A DNA stretch of 52,161 nt, taken from contig CAYYBL010000003.1 in NCBI GenBank assembly GCA_964470175.1, positions 1 through 52,161 on the forward strand. The letters are read 5' to 3'. The translations under genes and the position numbers were made by a program. A model generated the notes under the pieces. That model saw nothing but the letters and a program-made list of their open reading frames with translations, was not told where the DNA came from and did no database searches. The stretch is from an uncultured Lachnospiraceae bacterium. Its GTDB lineage: Bacteria > Bacillota > Clostridia > TANB77 > CAG-508. Below are positions 17,866 to 26,774 of this stretch, in pieces. The first letter of the stretch is position 1, and every line of letters starts with the position of its first letter.

Positions 17866-19422
17866 TTATTTTAATTTTCCTTTTATAGTCAATTCTATAG
17901 TATTTCCAGAAGTAGCATTTACACAATCTATTTCTGTAAGTACATCTTCCTTCTTCAATGATTCTACAAATCGAGTTATTTCACCTTCATCATCTGAAAT
18001 AGCTACAATCTCTATAGTTTTTTCATCACTTTCTTCCTTAATAGACTTTAGTTGCACTTTTGTAGGAATTACATACATGATTTTTACCAATAAATCTGGA
18101 ATCTTTCCTTTTTCAGTAACCTTAACTGCTTCTGTAATATTTAATCCCATCACTTTTTCATATGCTTTATTGTATTTTTGGATCGTTTCTGTATCTTGTT
18201 TTATTAATCCAATTTGATAACTTGATTTTTCAATATCACTTTCGACCATTCTTTTTTGATCTAGAGCTTTATTCATTAGACTTCTGCTACTTACAGCATA
18301 AATCAAAATAAATATCATTTCAAAAATAATAATTCTTAGTAATGTCTTTTCTTTTAAGTTTAGTGGCGCTTTGAATAGATCTTTCCATTCTGTAATTTCA
18401 AAATCTTCCTTAGCACTTATTTTGGTATCTATTTCTATATCTTCTAGTGTTGAATGTGATATAAAATTTATCTCTTTATTTATATTTTTCAAACAATCTA
18501 TAGAAAGTGATATAGCTGAGTTTACTTCTATGTACTCCTTTAGTGGATATTTGCTTGTTTTTATATCGCAGAAGAATGGCTTCAAGACTTCACATTTTAC
18601 CCCAATTTCATCCTCAAAACAAATATCTACATTTCCAATAGTTGCTCCAAGTCCTGTAATATATACCTTTGTATATACATCCTTATCAATAAGTTTTTTA
18701 ATTTCATCACAAATATTTGATAAAACAATAAGTGTATCATCATAATATCTCGATGAGTCAGAATCAAATAAATCTATGTCTTTTAATGTAGAAATAGATT
18801 TTTTTAGAGATGATTCATCTTTATCTATTTTTCTAATAATTTCATTAATTGAATTAGATAAAAGCTCAACTCTTTCAACTCTTCCATCTCTCAAGAAAGA
18901 AACCTGAGTTTCTTCTTCAAGATTAACTATTAATGCATTTTCATCTTTATCTTCTACAAGATTTGCGATAGATATACCAATTGGTGTCATACTTGATAAG
19001 TCATATTCTTCAAATATTTTACTATTCTTTTCAAGTACACTTTCATATGTAGAAACATAAATTGACTTCAACTTCTTACTGTTTTTTCTATTTACATATA
19101 AGCTATATTTTGATACGAAGTCATTTTCATCCACATTATATTCTTCACAAAACTTTGAGAATTCAATCTTTAAAGCCTTATCTATATCTGACTTATCAAG
19201 CTCAGAATATGTCTCAAAATAATTATAAAATTCATCTGTAAGATTTATAGCTATAGGTATATCATAACTATCTGTTTCTTCGATGATTTTTTTCACTGCT
19301 TCTTCTAAATTCTCATATGTATCAACACTAAAAGAATCTACTGTGTAATTTTTTTTGTTTCTTGTAAGCTTTGCATATTTAATTATATCTTTATCAATAT
19401 AAATTCCAAGACAACTAATCAT
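17866..19422 (-). CDS. pilMN: PilM-PilN fusion (actin-like ATPase fold, TM segment, PilN-like domain)
   Basis: 518 aa. PilM-like N-terminus (LGIYIDKDIIKYAKL, VYITGLGATIGNV). Central TM LLRIIIFEMIFILIYAVSS. C-terminal PilN-like region. This fused layout is known from clostridial T4P loci. Confidence 0.65.
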   Translation of the reverse strand: MISCLGIYIDKDIIKYAKLTRNKKNYTVDSFSVDTYENLEEAVKKIIEETDSYDIPIAINLTDEFYNYFETYSELDKSDIDKALKIEFSKFCEEYNVDENDFVSKYSLYVNRKNSKKLKSIYVSTYESVLEKNSKIFEEYDLSSMTPIGISIANLVEDKDENALIVNLEEETQVSFLRDGRVERVELLSNSINEIIRKIDKDESSLKKSISTLKDIDLFDSDSSRYYDDTLIVLSNICDEIKKLIDKDVYTKVYITGLGATIGNVDICFEDEIGVKCEVLKPFFCDIKTSKYPLKEYIEVNSAISLSIDCLKNINKEINFISHSTLEDIEIDTKISAKEDFEITEWKDLFKAPLNLKEKTLLRIIIFEMIFILIYAVSSRSLMNKALDQKRMVESDIEKSSYQIGLIKQDTETIQKYNKAYEKVMGLNITEAVKVTEKGKIPDLLVKIMYVIPTKVQLKSIKEESDEKTIEIVAISDDEGEITRFVESLKKEDVLTEIDCVNATSGNTIELTIKGKLK

Positions 19423-19445
19423 TTCTACACTTTTTTAGAGAATTT

Positions 19446-19602
19446 AAGAACAAAAGGGGACATTATGTAATACTGAATAATATTAATATATGTCAAATGT
19501 CCCCGTCTTTGTTCGCCGCGCCAAATTTACGAAGTAAATTTGTGTGCAATTATGCCGAAGGCTTTATATTATAGAAATTTCGTAGATAATTTCTATAATA
19601 TA
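19446..19602. repeat. Structured intergenic element, copy 1 (three hairpins)
   Basis: Hairpin 1: GGGGACATT/AATGTCCCC (19456-19464 / 19496-19504). Hairpin 2: CAAATTTAC-GAA-GTAAATTTG (19522-19542). Hairpin 3: 15-bp stem (19565-19579 / 19588-19602). The same blocks recur at 34487-34690. Confidence 0.8.
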
Positions 19603-19671
19603 AAATTTCTCTAAAATTTAAACTCCTTACGAATATCTAACCTATAATTATTCCAATTATACTCATTTATA

Positions 19672-19700
19672 TTTATACCTTTAAATAAAAAAAAAGTCAA
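19672..19700 (-). promoter_or_regulatory. Candidate promoter reading through the element into pilMN
   Basis: Minus strand: TTGACT (19700-19695), 17-nt spacer, TATAAA (19677-19672). Confidence 0.45.
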
Positions 19701-19846
19701 TATAATAAATTATCTTGAGTTTACATAAAATTGATTTTTATGTGAATTTATATTATAATATAATTGGAGGTTTTTTATATAAAAAGTGTAACTATAGTAT
19801 TTGCACAACTACTCTTAAACTAATATCTTCAAGCGAGGTGAAAAAG

Positions 19847-20992
19847 ATGAAACGGAGTAAGCATCTGATTGGAATTTTTCTTATGGCATTGTGTCTTTTT
19901 ACGTTCAGTACTGTAATCGTGGCAGCTGCGTCTCATGTATATTCGTATACATATTATGACAGCGTGGCTAACAAAACTTTTTACAAGATTTACAAGTTAA
20001 ACTCATCAGCTGGTATGTACGTGGAAACCCGGCGAATGTATTCAAAAGGGAATGGCCTGTACACTCCGGATGATATCCGTTTAACAGATTCCCTTAAGGG
20101 ATCAGAGGCACTGTATAACGTATTTGACTCATCCGCAAACTTCTTTTATATACTCTCCAATGGAGACGTATATAAGTATCCAACAAGTGGATCACCCGTA
20201 CTTGTGAAAAATGGCGGAAAATATTTCGAATGTGATGATAATGATATAGGCATTACTTTGGTTACAACCTCCGGTACCTATAAGTTATCTTCACTGTCCA
20301 CTCCAATTAAGAGTAAAGACCGCGTTGAGCAATATGAGTCGAACGGAGAAATGGTCTTTAAGGCCTATAAATCCAACAGACTCATGCTTACTCTCATTGT
20401 GAGCAAGGACGAAAAAAAGGTTTTGAATTACACGAACCATGTTGTCCTCACAGAGTGCCTGACAGGAACTAAATTTGCTGGAATAGACAAGAACTTGAAT
20501 GTGTACTTGTACGAGGGTTCTGACCTGTACAAGTTTAAGTACGGATCTTGGTATTCCGCAAGTAAAGCGACAATTCATGGCACATTTTGTGGATACAACA
20601 AGGATCAAAATGGATTCACAGTATCCTTCAAAACCTCTAGTGGTTATGAGGATATACGTGTCTTCACAGACAACAAATGGACCGCGAGAAAAACCTACGC
20701 CGTAAACAAGGGAAATAAATACGCTCTCCTTTATGTGAAAGGTACGACTACAAGTACTTGCCTGAAGCTTAAAGGCAGCGTGCTGTATCTTGGAAAGAAA
20801 AAGGTTGCTACAGGTGTCAGCAAATTTGGATTTATTTCAAGCAAGAAATTTGTGTATATTAAATCCAAAAAAGCATATATCTGTAGAATCAGTTCACCAA
20901 AAACAGTGATTAAAACCCTTAAAGCAACCACTCTCAAAAAATCAAACTCCAATGGTTTGGTAATCAAGGTGGGAAAAACAGCCGTAAAGTAA
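19847..20992 (+). CDS. Secreted hypothetical protein (possibly beta-propeller-like repeats) on a higher-GC island
   Basis: ATG at 19847 with GAGGTG SD. The track's TTG start at 19715 has no support. Signal peptide MKRSKHLIGIFLMALCLFTFSTVIVAAA. Recurrent (V/L)YKY/LYKFKYG motifs. 24/60 GC in line 20461-20520. Confidence 0.75.
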   Translation: MKRSKHLIGIFLMALCLFTFSTVIVAAASHVYSYTYYDSVANKTFYKIYKLNSSAGMYVETRRMYSKGNGLYTPDDIRLTDSLKGSEALYNVFDSSANFFYILSNGDVYKYPTSGSPVLVKNGGKYFECDDNDIGITLVTTSGTYKLSSLSTPIKSKDRVEQYESNGEMVFKAYKSNRLMLTLIVSKDEKKVLNYTNHVVLTECLTGTKFAGIDKNLNVYLYEGSDLYKFKYGSWYSASKATIHGTFCGYNKDQNGFTVSFKTSSGYEDIRVFTDNKWTARKTYAVNKGNKYALLYVKGTTTSTCLKLKGSVLYLGKKKVATGVSKFGFISSKKFVYIKSKKAYICRISSPKTVIKTLKATTLKKSNSNGLVIKVGKTAVK

Positions 20993-21050
20993 GTATCAAG
21001 ATTTAATAAAAATCTCCAGTAACTATTAACTCACAGTTTAAGAGTAGTAA

Positions 21051-21074
21051 AGCTGGCAGGACTTCCTGCCAGCT
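21051..21074 (+). terminator. GC-rich terminator of the secreted-protein gene
   Basis: AGCTGGCAGG-ACTT-CCTGCCAGCT followed by TCTTCCATTTT. Confidence 0.7.
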
Positions 21075-21102
21075 TCTTCCATTTTAATTTTGTTCTTCTC
21101 CT

Positions 21103-21729
21103 TTATAAAATATCTAAATTTACCTCATTAAAGTTTTCTATCTCTTCTATTTCTTTATTTTCCATATCTATGTGTGAATACTTTGCATTATTTCTTCTAA
21201 GTCTGTATACTTTAAGTGGATTATTTTCATACAATTTTTGAACTGTTATTGGTTCATCATCAAAAAATATTCCATTATGATAATCAATATCAATTTCATA
21301 TTTTTGATTTGCTGTCATTATTATTATATTGTAGTATTTTGCAAGTCCTGAACCAATAAGTTTTTTCATTTGAAAAATTTGATTTTGTTTTGGTATAAAA
21401 GTAAGTAAAATAATAGTATGTCCTTTATCTTTGAGCATATTAAAAAACTGCCATGTATCTGGATACACTCTTTCCTTACCATGATCTAGCTCAAAATCAA
21501 CCTTTTTATAAAGTATCTCTTTATCCATATCATAAAATTCTGATAATACTTCACAGTATGCATATATACTATCTTTAGATGGATTGTATTCATTCTTTAT
21601 TTTTTCTAAAACTTCATCAAGAGGTATATTTTTGTTTTCTGAAATGCCTTCTGCGACTCCCTCTATCATACTATTTATAAGCCTTTTCGTGTCATATACT
21701 GTGTTATCAAAATCTACATAAATATTCAT
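21103..21729 (-). CDS. HAD-superfamily hydrolase
   Basis: Motif I is DFDNT in MNIYVDFDNTVYDT. I prefer the ATG at 21729 (AGGAGA SD) over the track's GTG at 21759. Confidence 0.7.
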   Translation of the reverse strand: MNIYVDFDNTVYDTKRLINSMIEGVAEGISENKNIPLDEVLEKIKNEYNPSKDSIYAYCEVLSEFYDMDKEILYKKVDFELDHGKERVYPDTWQFFNMLKDKGHTIILLTFIPKQNQIFQMKKLIGSGLAKYYNIIIMTANQKYEIDIDYHNGIFFDDEPITVQKLYENNPLKVYRLRRNNAKYSHIDMENKEIEEIENFNEVNLDIL

Positions 21730-21751
21730 ATTATGTCTTCTCCTATCTTTT

Positions 21752-21837
21752 TTATTCACAACAACCCTATGTGGATAATGTGGATAACTTTGTTAATAAT
21801 TCTTTTTATTGACTTTCAAAAATCTCTTTTATTCACA
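21752..21837. promoter_or_regulatory. Cluster of four DnaA-box-like 9-mers
   Basis: TGTGGATAA TGTGGATAA in direct tandem (21770-21778 and 21779-21787). Each is the perfect reverse complement of TTATCCACA. Flanked by TTATTCACA at 21752-21760 and 21829-21837. Confidence 0.55.
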
Positions 21838-21889
21838 TTCAAAAAATATGTTCTTTTTTTATAAAAAAGCCGTATATTAGTTATGTATA

Positions 21890-23095
21890 CTAGTGTTTAG
21901 CTTTCTTTATATTCTTCAATTTTCTCCTAAAAATAATATACAATACTATTATTACACCTATCATTAAAAATATTAACAAAATAAAAATAATAATTATTTT
22001 TAAATCATTTTCATCTTTAACTGTGTTCTTCGTGGTTAAAACAATCTTTTCTTTTATATCTTGCATCTTAAGAAAATCTTCTTTTTGTTCTTCCTTCTCT
22101 TCCACTTCAGCCTTAAGCTTATTAGTATCTAAATCATAATTAAACTCTTTATATATCTCATCTTTAGAAAAATTATTGTATCCATACTCAAACATATTTA
22201 TAGTATCCATATATCTTGCACTATGATTATCCGTTGTAAGTTCTCCATGAAAAATCACTGAAATTAGCTCAAATCCATCTTTATTTGAGCACCCTACAAA
22301 GCAATTTTTTGCTGGTGTCGTAAATCCAGTCTTTATGCCTATACAATATGGATAATAATATATGCTAGTCGAATCAAGTAGTTTATTTGTATTAAAGAAA
22401 TGCCTCTCCCCAATTTCTTCAGTTTGTTCTGGTCCCCAAAACTCTGTGTCTGGCAAGCTACATTCCATAAGATTTGCAAAATGCCTAAATGTCTCATTTT
22501 TCATACAATATGATGCAATAGTTGCCATATCATATGCAGTAGTATAGTGATTATCATCATGAATACCATTAGCATTTACAAAATTTGAATTAAAGCATCC
22601 TAATTCCTTTGCTTTTTCATTCATAAGTTTAGCAAATTCTTCAGTACTTCCAGAAATATTTTCAGCTATGATTGTCGCAGCTTCATTTGCAGAATGAATC
22701 ATAAGTACATTTAAAAGCTCTTCTAAAGTGAAAGTTTCCCCTGCTTGAATATTTGCTTTTGTATAACTTTTAGCATCATCAAATGTAACTGCATTTTGAG
22801 ATGCTGTCATTTTTTGACTTAAATCACATTTTTCAATAGCAATTATAGCTGTAAGAATCTTTGTAGTACTTGCAGGAAATTTTCTGTCATAAATATTTTT
22901 TGCATATAATACTTTTCCTGTATTTTTCTCCATAAGAATAGCTGCTTCTGAAAATATCTCTGGTTCACTATTTACAGTTTCTACAGTTATTAATTCTTCT
23001 TCATTCTCTATAGGCTCTTCTTCTGCATATATAAATGATGTTAAAAAATATATAATAATTATAATTAAAATAAAAATTTTCTTTTGTTTTGTCAT
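21890..23095 (-). CDS. D-alanyl-D-alanine carboxypeptidase (PBP5-type) with C-terminal membrane anchor
   Basis: SxxK (PASTTK), SxN (SANE), KTG (KTGFT). N-terminal signal peptide and a C-terminal TM. Confidence 0.88.
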   Translation of the reverse strand: MTKQKKIFILIIIIIYFLTSFIYAEEEPIENEEELITVETVNSEPEIFSEAAILMEKNTGKVLYAKNIYDRKFPASTTKILTAIIAIEKCDLSQKMTASQNAVTFDDAKSYTKANIQAGETFTLEELLNVLMIHSANEAATIIAENISGSTEEFAKLMNEKAKELGCFNSNFVNANGIHDDNHYTTAYDMATIASYCMKNETFRHFANLMECSLPDTEFWGPEQTEEIGERHFFNTNKLLDSTSIYYYPYCIGIKTGFTTPAKNCFVGCSNKDGFELISVIFHGELTTDNHSARYMDTINMFEYGYNNFSKDEIYKEFNYDLDTNKLKAEVEEKEEQKEDFLKMQDIKEKIVLTTKNTVKDENDLKIIIIFILLIFLMIGVIIVLYIIFRRKLKNIKKAKH

Positions 23096-23116
23096 TTCTT
23101 TTCCATAATCCCGTAT

Positions 23117-23845
23117 TTATTTAAATCTAATAATGCTGTGTAAACTCTCTTCATTAAAATCTTTAATCACAACATAATGATAGTCTTTATCAACATAATA
23201 AATTGCCTTTACTACATCTCCAAGCCTTATTTCTTTTTTGTACATTACTTCAAAATTATCAAACTCATTTATTATAGCTTTTTCTTCGGATATAGCTTCT
23301 TTTGCGATGTCCAAATAGTACACATTATTTAAGTGTTTATTCACATCTATAAGGCTTCTCGTGATTTTAAAATCACACTTTGAAATAGGCTCTATTTTGG
23401 GCTCTACCAATTTGTCTAAAATCATATCATCCTCAAAGACATGTGTTTCTTCTTGTGTGTATATATCAGTAATTTCTTTACATATAGATACAACCTTACC
23501 CTTTTTGACATCCACCATTGACCACTTTGAAGCACCATATGCCACAACTTCATCATATTGATTTTTTACTTCAAAATCACGAAATGCAAAAAATTTATTC
23601 ACTCCCAAAGACCAAGTTTTTATTTTTATTTCATCTCCATATTTTGGCCTTTTTATGACACTTACTTTCCATGAAATAAGTATCCAACTTAAGTTTGTAC
23701 GATCAATATCACTTACGCCTACCCCAGCAATCTCCGAATGCATATTCCCAATTTCCTGAAAATATCTCAGAAATGCTGTATTTGTCATTTCAAGATTTGC
23801 ATTTACATCACTTAGAATAACTCTAAATTTTTCATTTACAAACAT
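23117..23845 (-). CDS. Acyl-ACP thioesterase
   Basis: Double hot-dog layout typical of acyl-ACP thioesterases (YFQEIGNMHS...SWILISWKV...). I prefer the ATG at 23845 (AAGGAT SD), because the track's start at 23869 abuts a TATAAT box. Confidence 0.7.
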   Translation of the reverse strand: MFVNEKFRVILSDVNANLEMTNTAFLRYFQEIGNMHSEIAGVGVSDIDRTNLSWILISWKVSVIKRPKYGDEIKIKTWSLGVNKFFAFRDFEVKNQYDEVVAYGASKWSMVDVKKGKVVSICKEITDIYTQEETHVFEDDMILDKLVEPKIEPISKCDFKITRSLIDVNKHLNNVYYLDIAKEAISEEKAIINEFDNFEVMYKKEIRLGDVVKAIYYVDKDYHYVVIKDFNEESLHSIIRFK

Positions 23846-23908
23846 TTTTACATCCTTAACCCTTCTCATGTATTATACTAAATTTTTAAAAATTTTTGTA
23901 TAAAAAAG

Positions 23909-23940
23909 CAAAAAAAAAAGAAAGTCAATTTTTGACTTTC
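23909..23940 (-). terminator. Terminator of the dockerin-protein gene
   Basis: GAAAGTCAA/TTGACTTTC stem followed by T10 on the minus strand. A second hairpin lies just before it at 23946-23973. Confidence 0.75.
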
Positions 23941-24000
23941 TTCTTTATAGGAATTACTTGCGTAATTCCTATAATATAAAGCATTAAGCAAGCATTGCAC

Positions 24001-25983
24001 TTAATTCCAAAGAGATTTTACTCCTTTAAAATGTGCATTTACTAGATTTACATCAGTTATCTTTATTACTCCATCATTTCCAGATACATCAGCTACTTTC
24101 AATATATATGGATCTGTAATAAGCTTTGTACCTTTGAAATGTGCATTTACTAAGTTCAAATCAATTATATTTATACTACCATTTCCATTGACATCACCCT
24201 TTAGTATTATTTCAACATCTTGAGTAACATCACTATCTGATACCACTACTGTATACTCTCTTGTAATATGATTTGACTTTGAAACGCTCATTACATATGT
24301 ACCAGGTTCTACATCTGAAAATTCATATGGCTGACTCTCAACTTTTCCAGAAGCTACACTTGGAATTGAAGTGCTATAAGATGCATCCGTATCCCCAGAT
24401 TTAGTAAGACTAATTACTGTAGCATCTCCAGCTTTATCTCCAGCACTTTTTAGTGTACCACTAACGTTCACTCCATCAGGAGTAGTTGGTACTGTAAAGA
24501 ATATTGTCAAAGATCTATTTGATGTAACATTTGATATTCTATATGTTCCACTTACTTCGCTTCCATTTACAAAAGCTACATTTTCACCTACAGTAGAAAA
24601 CGAAAGTACGACTCCTGCTCCTTCATTTACAACAAATGTATTATCATTATTGTATCCTATTGGACTTGAATCTGTAGTTGAAACAGTAATGCTTCCTTTT
24701 CCATCCCAAACCCAAGTATTTGTAGAATCGTTAAACACAGGACTTCCAATTTCATCATCACCAACAAGTGTAATTGTATATGTTGTATCTATAATTGGAG
24801 GTTCTACAGATGAATCTGCAAACTCAGCTGTAAGTGACATCAACGTACCAGTAAATCCTGATACATTCATTCCTTTAAACGTATAAGTTGTTTTGTTTCC
24901 ACTTGATTGTTTAAATCCATTTACCGAATAACCAGAACCACCTGGAGTAATAAGATTTCCAGTATATCCATCTTCTGCTGTCATTACAATTTTAACACTA
25001 TCTAGTAAACTCAAATTATCTATTTCACTTGAGGTTCCAGTATATTTTGTATCATTAACATAAACTTCAATTGTACCCTTTCCATCAACAGTGAAGGTTC
25101 CTCCTACTGGATTTCCAGCATCTGAAATTTCAAGAGAATATGACCTAGCATTCAAATAAGCCCTTTCACCATAAAAAATTTCACAATTGTAGTTCATAAT
25201 CTTATCAGATGGACTTGATCCAAAATCTGTTTCTACTCCATTTAATATAAGTTTTGTCCCTTCATAAAACTCACTACTTCCAGAAGTATCAACAGAAAGA
25301 GCAACTCCATACGAATACACAACATTAGCATCAAAAGCTGTAATTAGTTCTGTTCCATTCATTTCATATTCATAATTCATATCATCATTTGATGTGATAA
25401 TACTTCCATCACTTCCTGTCCACTGTTCATAAAGCAAATAATCAATCCCTGAATCATCGGTACATACGCCAGTAAATGTTGGAGGATCTCCAGCATTAAA
25501 AGATAACGTTGCTCCCTCAATATTTACAGCATGAACTGCCTCAAACATAGAATAATAAGCAAAATCAATATTATAATTCATACCAGTATTAGCATCAGAT
25601 ACAGGACATACACTATGTACTTCTCTTTCTCCTACCAATCCACATGTACATACAATTTCTAATGTATCGCCTACTCTCGTAACAGTAATTATTTCATATC
25701 CTTCTTCTTCTTCGTAAATCCTGTAATTTCCTCCTGTTATTTCTTCAAATGCATAAAATCCTGTCACCCCATCTTCTAACTCACCAAATAACAAGTTACA
25801 AGCTGCCGCAATATCTGTAGGAGTAGACAAATCAATCACTATACTTTGATCTTGATTAAGCATATCAACTTCTACATTTTTTTCAAACTCACTATCAGCA
25901 TTTGATATAGGATATATATGTGGTAAATACATAAGCGCAATTACCACAATTAGTACGAAAGAAATTATCTTCTTTGATTTCAT
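24001..25983 (-). CDS. Secreted protein with C-terminal type I dockerin-like module
   Basis: Signal peptide. C-terminal duplicated EF-hand-like segments GDVNGNGSINIIDLNLVNAHFKG and ADVSGNDGVIKITDVNLVNAHFKG. These follow a CarboxypepD_reg/CnaB-like beta domain (EPGTYVMSVSKSNHITREYTVVV). Confidence 0.75.
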   Translation of the reverse strand: MKSKKIISFVLIVVIALMYLPHIYPISNADSEFEKNVEVDMLNQDQSIVIDLSTPTDIAAACNLLFGELEDGVTGFYAFEEITGGNYRIYEEEEGYEIITVTRVGDTLEIVCTCGLVGEREVHSVCPVSDANTGMNYNIDFAYYSMFEAVHAVNIEGATLSFNAGDPPTFTGVCTDDSGIDYLLYEQWTGSDGSIITSNDDMNYEYEMNGTELITAFDANVVYSYGVALSVDTSGSSEFYEGTKLILNGVETDFGSSPSDKIMNYNCEIFYGERAYLNARSYSLEISDAGNPVGGTFTVDGKGTIEVYVNDTKYTGTSSEIDNLSLLDSVKIVMTAEDGYTGNLITPGGSGYSVNGFKQSSGNKTTYTFKGMNVSGFTGTLMSLTAEFADSSVEPPIIDTTYTITLVGDDEIGSPVFNDSTNTWVWDGKGSITVSTTDSSPIGYNNDNTFVVNEGAGVVLSFSTVGENVAFVNGSEVSGTYRISNVTSNRSLTIFFTVPTTPDGVNVSGTLKSAGDKAGDATVISLTKSGDTDASYSTSIPSVASGKVESQPYEFSDVEPGTYVMSVSKSNHITREYTVVVSDSDVTQDVEIILKGDVNGNGSINIIDLNLVNAHFKGTKLITDPYILKVADVSGNDGVIKITDVNLVNAHFKGVKSLWN

Positions 25984-26021
25984 ATCTTTTCCTTAATCAA
26001 TATATTTAGGTTTTTGGATAC

Positions 26022-26774
26022 CTATAAACCTTCCTCTAAAACACCTAGTAAAACATATCTTGCTAGTTCATAATCATACGAACAAGTAGAAAGCATTACT
26101 ATTCTATCATTTTCATTTGGTATAACATCACTTTTAAAATCAGATTTATCTTTTAACTTGATAAATTCTTTATTTGAATTAGTGATGTTATACAAATTTG
26201 AATTTCCGTCTATTGTAAGACCTGCATAAAGTTTAATCTTATAATTTGCATTTTCTGTATATAAATCTATCTCTTTATGGGAATCATAATAATCCTGATT
26301 TTTATAATTTACTAAAGTACCAAACATAGAGTCATTTTTCATATTGTGACCATACACTATGGTATTTAAATCTGAAAAATCACCCTTATTCTTGTAATCA
26401 ATAAATAGTGTTCCTGCTTGATTGTATTTTCCATTTATTAGTCTTCTCAAATAATAATCATTATCTTTCCCTTGAACTATAGGATAATTTATTGGCGTAT
26501 CTTTTGAATAAATCCACGCAACAATATCTTTATTCTGACTCTTCAAGTATTCAAAGTCTATCGAAAATGTCTCCGCATCTATACTAAGCTCTTCCTTAGC
26601 CTCCTCATTTTCTTCACCTTGCACCAAAGTAATCTTTATAGCAGACTGGGTAAGATCATCATTCAAGCTTTCTTGCTCTTTTTCATCCACTACATACTTA
26701 ATAATATTAAAAGTGGAATAGCAAAACATACATATGAAAAATATAATTAATACTGTACTAATAAACTTTTTCAT
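26022..26774 (-). CDS. srtB: Class B sortase
   Basis: N-terminal TM, YPIVQGKDNDYYL, TIVYGHNM (catalytic His), MLSTCSY (catalytic Cys). Confidence 0.85.
   Translation of the reverse strand: MKKFISTVLIIFFICMFCYSTFNIIKYVVDEKEQESLNDDLTQSAIKITLVQGEENEEAKEELSIDAETFSIDFEYLKSQNKDIVAWIYSKDTPINYPIVQGKDNDYYLRRLINGKYNQAGTLFIDYKNKGDFSDLNTIVYGHNMKNDSMFGTLVNYKNQDYYDSHKEIDLYTENANYKIKLYAGLTIDGNSNLYNITNSNKEFIKLKDKSDFKSDVIPNENDRIVMLSTCSYDYELARYVLLGVLEEGL

Noticed and set aside
19446-19602. c-di-GMP riboswitch or simple terminator as the explanation for the pilMN leader element
   Set aside because: I could not find GEMM-I or GEMM-II conserved cores. The U-rich tract after hairpin 1 on the minus strand can instead pair as a lower stem (GAACAAA/TTTGTTC). 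The same element also occurs upstream of the pflB promoter, where a pilus-specific riboswitch makes no sense.
19715-19846. TTG-initiated 44-codon N-terminal extension of the secreted-protein ORF
   Set aside because: The extension is AT-rich, has no SD and would bury the signal peptide. The ATG at 19847 has a GAGGTG SD and gives a normal signal peptide.
21752-21837. Possibility that the DnaA-box cluster is the chromosomal origin
   Set aside because: There is no dnaA, dnaN or rpmH context. The flanking genes do not switch coding strand, and I see no obvious AT-rich unwinding element beyond the background AT-richness.
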